Shown here piece after piece: positions 54,430-64,000 of a DNA stretch of 64,000 nt. Under the pieces are notes generated by a model. The model saw only the letters and a program-made list of their open reading frames with translations. It did no database searches and had not been told where the DNA came from. The DNA comes from Rhynchobatus australiae (taxonomy: Eukaryota), in the NCBI GenBank assembly GCA_034780895.1, contig JAUZTB010000033.1, positions 27,459,330 to 27,523,329 of the forward strand. The letters run 5' to 3'. Every line of letters starts with the position of its first letter. Position 1 is the first letter of the stretch. A program made the position numbers and the translations under genes.

Positions 54430-56110
54430 AGAGCTTGGAAACAAAAATAAGGTGATCACTTTACTAGGGATGTATTTCAGGCCCACTAACAGTCAGCTGG
54501 AGGTACAGGAATAGATATGGAGGCAAATCTCACAGAGGTGCAAGAATAATAGGGTTATGGGGGAAAGGATTTGGGGGTGAGGTGAATCTCAATATGATAA
54601 GATAGGATCAAAAATGGACTGGGAGCAGCTACCCACATAAAATGAGCAGTGGGAGCCATTCAAAAATGAAATGCTAGCAGTTCAAGGTCAATGTGTTTCT
54701 GAAACGGTGAAGGTAAGGCCAATGAGTCTGAGGAACTTTGGATTTCAAGGAATTTTGAGGGATAAAGAAGCAAAATGTCTTATGGTAGGTTCAGAGAACC
54801 AGAAACAAGTGAAACCCTGCGGGAATATAGAAAGTTGTTGGAGGTGCTTTAAATTATAAGGATGGAGAGGGACATGATGGGCAAGGTTAAGGAAAAGCCT
54901 AAAGTGTTTTATATTAAGGACAAGAGAGTAAACAGGGAAAGTGGCAATCTGTGCGTGGAACAGGAGGAGGTACACAAGGTCTTATATGAATACTTCTAAT
55001 CTTTGTTNNNNNNNNNNNNNNNNNNNNNNNNNNNNNNNNNNNNNNNNNNNNNNNNNNNNNNNNNNNNNNNNNNNNNNNNNNNNNNNNNNNNNNNNNNNNN
55101 NNNNNNNTCTTATATGAATACTTCTAATCTTTGTTCCTTATGGAGAAGGACATTGAAATTGGAGAATTCAGGAAGGGGAATGGTAGAATTCTAAAGCAAG
55201 TTAAGGAAGGAGGTATTAGATGTCTCAGCAGGCTTAATAGTGGATAAATCCCCAGGGATGCAATAAAGCAAACAGAGTATTTTGATGAGCATTAGAGCAG
55301 TTGATGTGGTCCAGAAGATTGGAGTCACTGGGTTCCAGGGCACGTTGGATCTAAAATTGTCTTGGTAATAGGAGACAGAGGGTGGTGGTACAGGATTATG
55401 TTTTGATTGGAAGCCTCTCATTAATGTGGTATCACAGAGCTCATTATTAGGACAGATATGTGAATGTAGGAATTAAGATTAGTAAATTCATAGATGACAT
55501 CAAAATTGGTGGTGGTGTTGATTGTGAAGAGGATGGTCAGGCCACAGGGCAGTATTGATAAGATGGTAGGATGGGTGGATCATTAACAGATAGAATTCAA
55601 TCCTGATAAGTATGAGGTGATGTTTTTTGGGAGACTGATATGGCTAAGACATACACAATGAATGGAAGGGTCCTAAGGAGGCTTGGGGAACTGAGGATCT
55701 TGGTATACAAGTCCAAAGATCTCTAAATGTGGCAGCATCAAGTGGTTAAGAAGGCAGGTGGGATACTTGCCTTCATTAGGTGGGAAATAGAAGATAAAGC
55801 AGTGAAGTTATGGTACAACTTTATAAAATATTGGATAGGCCACAACTCTAGTATTGTGTGCAGTTCTGGTTACCACACAATAGGGAGAATGTGATTGCAC
55901 TGGAGAGAATGCAAAGGAGATTCATCACAACATTGTTTGGGATGGAGCCTTTTAGTTATGAGAGACTGGATTAGCTGGGATAGTTTTCCTTGGAGCAGAG
56001 GAGGCTGAGGGGAGAGCTGACTGAGGTATACAAATTGAGAGACATATGTAGGGTAGATTGCAAGAACCTTTTCCCCATTGTAGAGGTGTCTAATGATAGG
56101 TTTAAGGTTG
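54430..56110 (+). mobile_element. Long decayed CR1 LINE ORF2 with internal deletions
   Basis: VDKSPG (about 55240), SKFIDDIKIGG (about 55480), LYKILDRPQL*YCVQFW (about 55820), LEQRRLRGELTEVYK (55990). Confidence 0.9.
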
Positions 56111-57814
56111 GCCTAAGAATATCCTCCTTGCTTTCAACAACGCCACCAATTTTCATGTTAAGTGAAACAAGTGACTGGTATTCAGATGTAGGACAACATT
56201 TTTTTCTTTTAATAGAAATCATGGTCATTTCATTAGTTGACCACATTCAAATAATACGATGATTCAGTGGCTAAAAATCAGTGTTGTGATTGATGATATC
56301 ATGTTTGGAGATAACTTGGTATCTTCCCTTCAGGTTTTGTACCATTGGTTTGAAAATGTAAATAACTGAGTGCTGATGTACCCATAAGTCCCTCATTCCA
56401 GGCTTGAAGTGCACTCTGTAGCCTATGGAGATCACCAGGGTGTTAGCTGGTCTAAGTATTGATAGCCACATTAAACTCCTATGTAGCATTTGTTATTTCT
56501 AGCATCATGCTCAAAGGTTCAAGTAGTTTTCTTCAGCAGTAGGTGCAAAATCTAATTTGAATAAGATGGCAGGTTACTGAAATGGATACATTCATTTTAT
56601 TGAGGAAGGAAACTGTGAGACAATTCAGGGCCAAGGACTATTGATGCATGGAGAAAACTTACTGAATGTCTTCCAGGTTAGTACAAGTAGGCAGACAATG
56701 TAAGGTAACACTGTCTTGAAGTCATTAAACATTATTATACCCCTTAGGAGCTTGTCAGAGAATGGTTATAAAATCCTGAAATTACATCTGATACATTTGT
56801 GCCAATCATCATTTGACCACACATGCAGATAATCAATAAACCACAAACAAATGATTAACAAAGTTTTGTACTGATCCTTATCTGTGCTTCATGTATAGCC
56901 AGTGATGATGTCACCATTTACAATTGTGTAGCAACAAAAAATCTGAATCAATTTAGTTTCAGGATAGCCCCAGTTTTAACTCTGCACCCGTATGGATGAG
57001 TGAGCAGTGCTCCTGATGGTCAGAACTGAGACCTAGGATGTTTCAGCAACCAGATCTCATTTAATTTTTGCTGTTAATTTGCTGCAAGTCTGAAATAAAA
57101 ATAAAACATTCAAAAGAAACTCATGAGGCCAGGTGTCATGTGAGATGAAAGAAATGGAGATATTGTTTTAGACTGATGCCTTTTATCAGAGCTGATTTCT
57201 GACTCACTGTGGATTGGAAGTTGAGCAGGAAGTGGTGGAAAATCACTCTGCATGCGGTGCAGCGCTTGACACCAGGTAAATGATGGCATTTCCTCCTGGG
57301 CCTCCACCTTCTCTTGGTTCCTTATTATCTCACAAGAAAAGAAATTTGGTGATGCTTATTCCAATCTACTTGCACAGACCTCTAGGTCAATTCCCACTCA
57401 GGCTGCCTGGTAAAAATTTCAGCTTTGATGATTTATTGGACACCAACATGCAAATGATTAAGAAGGATCCCTCCCAGCTTTGGAAAGATGCATTTTGCTT
57501 CAATGTAAGCATAAAGCAGGATGGAGTAATGAAATTGACACTAATTTGCAACTTAAGCCAATGGTGTTTATATTTCTCCAATAAGTATCCTGCAATTATT
57601 TTTGAGAAAATGAAAGAAAGTGTAGAATAGCCGGTGGAGAGATGCAAGTATTGAAGGGGCAAGTTGTGATGTCTGGGGGTGGGTGGGTATATCCACGTGG
57701 ACTGAGCATTTTTACATTCANNNNNNNNNNNNNNNNNNNNNNNNNNNNNNNNNNNNNNNNNNNNNNNNNNNNNNNNNNNNNNNNNNNNNNNNNNNNNNNN
57801 NNNNNNNNNNNNNN

Positions 57815-57955
57815 GCAGCATCTATAGATGGAAATGGACAGTTGATGTTTTGGGTCGAAACCCTTCAGTCCTGTTGAAGGGTCTCAACTCAAAATGTTGA
57901 TAGTCCATTTCCTCCATAAATGCTACCAGACTCTCAGAGTTACTCCAGCTTTTTA
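57815..57955. mobile_element. Palindromic PLE-derived element (left end in gap)
   Basis: GCAGCATCTATAGATGGAAATGGACAGTTGATGTTTTGGGTCGAAACCCTTCA is inverted to TGAAGGGTCTCAACTCAAAATGTTGATAGTCCATTTCCTCCATAAATGCTAC. Confidence 0.8.
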
Positions 57956-58329
57956 TGTCTTCCCTCAGGATTTGTCCATATGGAATCCAACACCTCCCCC
58001 TTTCTGATGGAAATTTGTTTCAGAATTCCACCATGTCTCTTCCCGCATCCCCACTGCTTTTCTCCATAGTGAATGGAAGTGCAAATTATTAATTCAAATT
58101 TGAAACTCCATGCATAGATTACCACTGTAGACCCTCACAGGCTGTACTCATTCCATGGCTACCATCTTCTCTTTATAGTATTTATTATGCTTTGGGATTT
58201 TTAATCTTACCTGGCATTGTCAATTTGTGCCTTCTCTTTTTACATATTTAACTCTGAGTGTGAACAAATCAAATTCAACACATTGATTCCTAGCTCTGAA
58301 GGGAAAAACCTTGATGTGATTAATGATGG

Positions 58330-58676
58330 CTTAAAAGTTTAAAAGCGTTTCTGTTCAGACACTTGGTTAATGTTATAGAAACTGTTGTGTTGAGACCCTG
58401 GGTAAAGGCATAAACTTTGTTCTCTTCACATGCTGTGTTAAATGTGCAGAAGATGATCCCTTCAGACTCCAGGTAAATGTGTAGAACTTGTTCTGTTCAG
58501 ATGGTAGACTCAATGTTGTTCTATTAAGGCCCTGGGTTCAATATGTTGTAGTTAATCACTGAAACCCTGGGTTAAGCATGCAGAAGTTGCTGAGTTCAGA
58601 CCATGGCTTAAACATGCAGAGGCTGCTCTGGTTAGTCCATGGTTTATCCATGTAGAATTTGATCTGTTAAGACCTT
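58330..58676. repeat. Degenerate tandem repeat, about 36-38-bp unit
   Basis: Recurrent approximate unit GTTCAGACCCTGGGTTAAACATGCAGAAGTTGTTCT; further units near 59435-59505. Confidence 0.65.
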
Positions 58677-58785
58677 CAGCCTAAAAAAATGATCAGGAGG
58701 CAGAGAGGGGAAAAAAGTCTTGTATTAGGATTGATCAACACTTGGAAAGACTAGGATTGATCAAACACAGTCAGCATGGCTTTGT

Positions 58786-59300
58786 ACATCGATTTCTCTA
58801 ACTTCCGGTAACCCCACCCCTTCTTTTTCTTCCACCACCACCACACCCCCCCACCCCCACTCCTTTGACTTCCCTTATCCCTGTGGTTCCCTTCTCTCAT
58901 CTTGATGACCTGTCCATCTCCTCTCCTCCCCTTCTCCATCCTTTATTCCATGGTCCACTGCCCTGTCCTACTGGATTCCTCCTTCTTCAGCCCTTTGCCT
59001 CTTCTACCCATTGCCTCTCAGTTTCTTGCATCTCTTCCCTCTCCCTCACCTACCTACCTTCCCCCTTTGACCTGAACTCACCTATCACCTGATCTCACCT
59101 ATCCCCTGCCTGGCTGTGCACCTCCCCCTCCCCGACCTTCTTATTCCGGCTTCTGCCCTCTTCCTTGCCAGTCCTGATGAAGGGTTTCGGCCTGAAATGT
59201 TGACTGTTTGTTTCACTCCATGGATGCACCCTGACCTGCTGAGTCCCCCCAGCACTTTTTTGTATATTGCATCAGATTCCAGCACCTGCAGAATTTCTTG
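58786..59300 (+). mobile_element. Penelope-like element 3' end inserted in a CR1 RT fragment
   Basis: ATCGATTTCTCTAACTTCCGGTAA = IDFSNFR* (PLE ORF end), C/T-rich UTR, ribozyme motif, terminal repeat. The flanks read GLIKHSQHGF (58754-58783) and FEEVTKCVDE..MDF..PHRRLLQKVRDHGIQG (59320-59442). Confidence 0.85.
59169..59206 (+). ncRNA. Minimal type I hammerhead ribozyme (PLE-associated)
   Basis: CAGUC-CUGAUGA-AGG(GUUUCGG)CCU-GAAA-UG-UU^GACUG. Stem I is CAGUC/GACUG, both core boxes are intact, stem II has 3 bp, stem III is vestigial and the cleavage triplet is GUU. Confidence 0.72.
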
Positions 59301-59849
59301 TGAATCTAATTTGATTATTTTGAAGAGGTAACAAAATGTGTTGATGAGAGTTGTGCAGTTCATATGGATTTCAATCAATCCTCTGTCAAGAGCCCACATA
59401 GGAGACTGCTCCAAAAGGTTAGAGATCATGGGATCCAAGGGTTAAATGTTATGTTGCTCTGATGAGACTCTGGGTGAAATATGCAGAAGTTGTTCCATTC
59501 AGACATAGCACATAAGAAATAGAAGGAGAAGTGGGCCAAATGTCTGCTTGGCCGCTCAATTAACTCATGCCTGAGTGATGTGGTAAATGGAAAGGATTCC
59601 ATCACCATGTCAGAATGTCCCTGCTTGTTTAACCCAGGCTCTGCATGTCTTTTTCAGAGCAGACTGATGGCTGACTCTGGTTCATTTTATCGGTGGTGCA
59701 CACTGCAACTACTGGGAGTGCCAATTAAGCAAAGCATTACTGTGCTCTCCCCTTATGAAGGCGATATGGATAAAGTTAAGAAGGAAGAAGGAAAATAGTA
59801 ACGTTTATGTGTTTCCTATAGGATAGTAGAATTAGATGAAGATAAATAA

Positions 59850-60500
59850 TAATTGTGTCGGAAGTAATTGAGGAATAAAGCAATCATGATAGATTCAGTA
59901 TGTGATTTAAAAAAAGGACAAGGAAGAGACCTGGATAAAATCTCTGGATTAATAAAAAGAAGCATTCAACAAAATGAGTTTTATTGTGACCAAAACTGGA
60001 AGAAAAGGTCAGCTAGGTAAACTTTCAACAAGGAAGTAAACCAAGTAATTACTTCGCTGTAAAGTAAAATGTAGATGTGCCAAAGAAATATGTTCCAAGG
60101 ATAAATCTTACTGGAAATTAAAATGGAGGTATGTGATAAAGTCATGGCTAAAATGCTAAATATAATTGTGAAAAATATAGAAATTGTTTTAGGGAAATGA
60201 AAAGGAATATCAGAATAGCTAAAGCAGAATTTAAAAAAAAATGGGATGGTAGATAATATAACATGTAATAGCAAGTGTTTTTAAAGAAAGACTATTGAAA
60301 TAGAAGGTTGGACCATTCAGGGATGAAAGAAGGAGCTATATGCTGGAGGATGATAGATATTGANNNNNNNNNGTAAAAGACAGTTTCCTCAAGAAATCAA
60401 TGAAGAGAAATCATGAATTTAAATGGCTGCTCAGAGAAAGGATATGTGTGCGATGATTGTGGAACAGAGAATGCTTAAACCAAAGATCATTATACTTTAT
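59850..60500 (+). mobile_element. Possible decayed L1/Tx1-type ORF1 remnant (A-rich)
   Basis: Purine-rich strand and QFPQEINEE near 60380 resembling the QFPxEI motif. Many stops. Confidence 0.25.
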
Positions 60501-63019
60501 AAAAGTAAGTGTTTAGTGTGAAGAGCAGGTTGATGGGATTAATTTAGATTAGAGGGATATGGCCATCCCAGACATAATTAGAATAAGTAATAACCTTTTG
60601 TGGTGTAAACTGCAGTCACCTTTTGTGTAATTCTGCCCATGACTAGAATGAGAAACTTTGACTACGAGGAAAACATTTGTCAGCACAACTATACTATATA
60701 TCTCAAACATTTAGATTGTGCTTAGTATCAAAGTTTGTATTTTAAAGTGCTTGATTTCCAACTAGAGGGCATTAATTCAAATTATTAACAGTCATTTAGT
60801 GCTTAAACTAATCACTCAGTGGGTTTGTTGGATGAAACACTGTATGTGGTGAAAGATAGAGATAAAATAGAGTTTAAGGAAAGAATGCAACAGAGTTGTT
60901 AACTACTGTACCTCTCAGGCCAAGCAGAGTTCGAGAACCCAAACTGTCTCTGCTGAGGTGAGAGCGGGAGAGGTGATCTCAAAGAGCAGAAACTGATGAA
61001 GTAAATGCATGATAATTTTACTGGCAGCCATGCTCACTTAATCTGTCATATCAGACAGATTATCCAACTGATATCATTTAGCTGCCTAGGTCGCTCTACC
61101 TTGTTCCACTTCTTTCTCTGGTTTCAAGAAACTTGTTAAAATCTGCCCTTTAACCAAATTTTCTTTTTTAAATTGCTCTGAACCATCTGAGAACATCACT
61201 TTTATTGCCAATGCAAAATGGGTTTTGCCTGTTGGATGAGCTTACTTACATACAGCTATTTGTCCACAGGGTATACTATAGCTATCCCTTTGAAGCCATG
61301 TCTGTGGGTGGAGAGTTTAAAGTTAATGTTTCCCTATGACCTCACACTATCAAAAGCAGTGAGAAGCAATCCAGGGCTATGGGTCTGTGTAGGCAGAGTG
61401 CCAAAACATTGGAAAAAAAGGCTGCAAAAAGTCATTCTCTGTTGCAGAAGTTCCCACTGACATTTCCCACATGGTTCAAGCTCAGAAATTCCTCACTTCC
61501 TCTTGCCTCAGTTGATCCTGTCATCAGCTGAAGTTCATGCTTCTCATTCCAGCTTACCCTGATGGTTTTGTGAACATGAATGTGAGAAGCTAGTGATGGC
61601 TAGCTACCCTGGCCCTTGTCGTAAGGTGGGTAACTGCATTCAGTTGGAGCGTGGAATGGGGAAGTGGGAAGGGAGGGGTGGGATNNNNNNNNNNNNNNNN
61701 NNNNNNNNNNNNNNNNNNNNNNNNNNNNNNNNNNNNNNNNNNNNNNNNNNNNNNNNNNNNNNNNNNNNNNNNNNNNNNNNNNNNGGTGGGAAACTGCATT
61801 CAGTGGGCGCGTGTATGGGGGACGTGGGACGGGAGGGGTGGGTTGGGATGGAGAATCCCAAAAAGAGCCAGAAAACATCAGGGAGTTCAAGGTGAATGAT
61901 TTCAGTGCAGAAAATTAGAGCTGTCAGTTGGTTTCTATTCTGTATTTTTTTACTGAAGCATAAGAGGTAACTATACTAAAAATAGTATGGAAATCCTAGT
62001 ACCTTGTTTACCAGCTTTATAAAAACAAAATCCCATAAAGTCGACAGACTCTCAATCAGTAAGAACAAGTCATAACTGTTTCCATCTATTGAATTAAGTT
62101 CATTCACTATCTTCTTCTCAAGGATAGATCAAACCATCTGCAGAACTGTTTGTACTTTCAGACTCTGAAAGATCTCATTACATTCAGGTCAGAATGATCT
62201 AAACTGAATGCAATTCCCTCAGGACTTTGTAGCAACCTGCGCTCAAGTTCATTCTTGTTTGGCGAGGTAGTAAATGGCTTGTCTGATGCTTTCCAAGTAA
62301 TAGCTGAAATCAACCAGAGATTGTTATGGAGGAGTGTGATGCAGAAGAAGATAATTCCAAGGTCAAGCAATGGGAGATTTTACTCTGTCATCTGAACAAA
62401 GTAAAAAAAAACTAGCCACTACTAATCACAACATTTCTGCTGTGAATTCACAGCCAAGGGAACAATGGTTGTACAAATATAAAGACCTGGGGATATATGG
62501 AGAGCTCTAGTTCTGGGACAATGGATCAATTTATGTTAAATAGGTAAAACCGGCTAGTGTGTGTATCTGCCTGTTTGCGTGCATGTGCATGCCTTTTATA
62601 TCAAGTGGCTGGACAAGCAGCCATAGGGTGAGGTCAAGGATAGCAAACAATTCCATGGCCTTGGGTGAGGGAGCGTGAATAGTTGTGTTGCCAAGGAAGG
62701 ATGTCTGACCTATGTGGTCACGTCAGAATTTGGGCTACTTCTCATGTTGCAAGTGGCAGCACCTTCCTCAGACCGTTGAGGGTTTTCAGGTTTTCATTGC
62801 CAGCTTAAATCCTGAGACTTCATCACGTACGTCAATTATCTGGCTGGAGTGAGTGGTGTTTGTGGTCATTATTGTGGTACACTATCGAGATTGGGTCTGT
62901 CATTGGTCTTTAGTTTGGAGGGTGTTTGAGTAGGTGCTGTGGGAGTTTAGTTTGGTTCCCCACAGTTTTGTGGTTCTTTGTCAGTGCCTTGTTGGCTATC
63001 AGCCAGTGATACTGTTTTA

Positions 63020-63090
63020 AGGAGCAACAACAAAAAATGCTGGAGGGTTTCAACGAGTCCGGCAGCATCTGTGGAAGGAAAATGGGCAGT
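63020..63090 (-). mobile_element. PLE-derived terminal fragment
   Basis: AAATGCTGGAGGGTTTCAACGAGTCCGGCAGCATCTGTGGA. Confidence 0.65.
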
Positions 63091-63099
63091 CTGCACTGT

Positions 63100-63900
63100 T
63101 CAGATACATGGTCTCAACTGGAAATGCTGGGTGGCACAAAAAGCCACTTGAACTGCGTTGGTCTCAATGCTCCAGAGATGATTCTCATGGCTTCCTGGAG
63201 ATGGATCATTTTCATGTTTGTCTGGTGCTTCCTGAGCCAGATTGAGCAGAAGTAATCTGCTTTTGGGTAAACCAGGGCAAGTGAAGTGCTAGGTGATGTG
63301 TTATCTTTGTTGCACCCTGTTGTACCTGCCAGTTTCCATATGAGGATCACTGTTTTCCTGTTCTGAGCTCTAGTGTTCTGGAGGCGTTGCTAGCACATCA
63401 CTCTATATGCCTGAAGTATGTTACCAAAGGCTGTGGCATGGTCCTCTGTTTATGATATACCAACAGAAGGAAGGTGCTGGGTGAGCTTGAGTGGTATTAA
63501 TCAGCATGCAATACATGGATGATATCAGTCATGCAATTTTCTGACACAAGTATATGGTGTGCAGACGTTGACCATAGTGGGGAACTTTACCTAGAGTGAC
63601 TCGGCAGAAATTGGCATGTCATTGCCTGGGGCACTGCTGTGAAGATTTCACTTCCTTCTCTCAGAATGGCTGCAAGTTCTTCCTTCTTGAAGGTAAGCTC
63701 CATTTCTTTCCCTCATTTTGCCTGGGCACACTGACACTATGATGCCCAACTAGTGTATCCATCTCCACCAGCATGATGTGCCATTGGTCATCAGAGGCAT
63801 ATGTTGCTCAGGTTCAGAGCCCCTGTCACGCATGGACAAATATGTCCCAGAGTAGCTCATCTGGGGACTAGGCCTTTAAGGGAGGAACTCACAAAGTTGA
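63100..63900 (-). mobile_element. Decayed I-group (Ingi/Vingi-like) LINE RT fragment
   Basis: LIWKLAGTTGC..STSLALVYPKADYFCSIWL..MRIISGALRPT matches the KLAGTxWG..LALVYSxAEYCxxVW..MRIISGxLRPT motif. Confidence 0.65.
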
Positions 63901-64000
63901 GGTTGATGGATTACACATCATATCTGTGAAAGTATAGATGAAAGTCATAATAAAACTGCAGATGCTGAAAACTGAAATAAAAACAGAAAATGCCAGAAAT

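Noticed and set aside
62340-62400. IIPRS..MGDF resembling the integrin IIPKSAVGEL exon
   Set aside because: Needs a frameshift, lacks a polypyrimidine acceptor and a donor, and the similarity ends at once. Likely chance.

Overview
Eukaryotic, repeat-rich, gappy draft sequence. The repeat families point to a cartilaginous fish (shark, ray or skate), which is an inference. Only one host coding exon is recognisable: a 159-nt phase 0-0 exon (35589-35747, +) encoding part of the beta-I (vWA) domain of a leukocyte integrin beta subunit, closest to ITGB2 with some ITGB7-like traits. No other integrin exon was seen in about 35 kb upstream or 28 kb downstream. The rest is intron-like DNA with decayed transposons: many CR1-type LINE pieces, a Rex1/Babar 3' end, an I-group (Ingi/Vingi-like) LINE, PIF/Harbinger remnants, and a solo LTR with a 5-bp TSD. 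It also holds a dozen or so Penelope-like element (PLE) termini. Several of these carry minimal hammerhead ribozyme motifs. One has an intact catalytic core (59169-59206), and others form short fold-back elements with two opposed ribozyme motifs, one flanked by a 13-bp TSD (43134-43357). Repeat boundaries are approximate and family names come from recalled motifs, not database searches.
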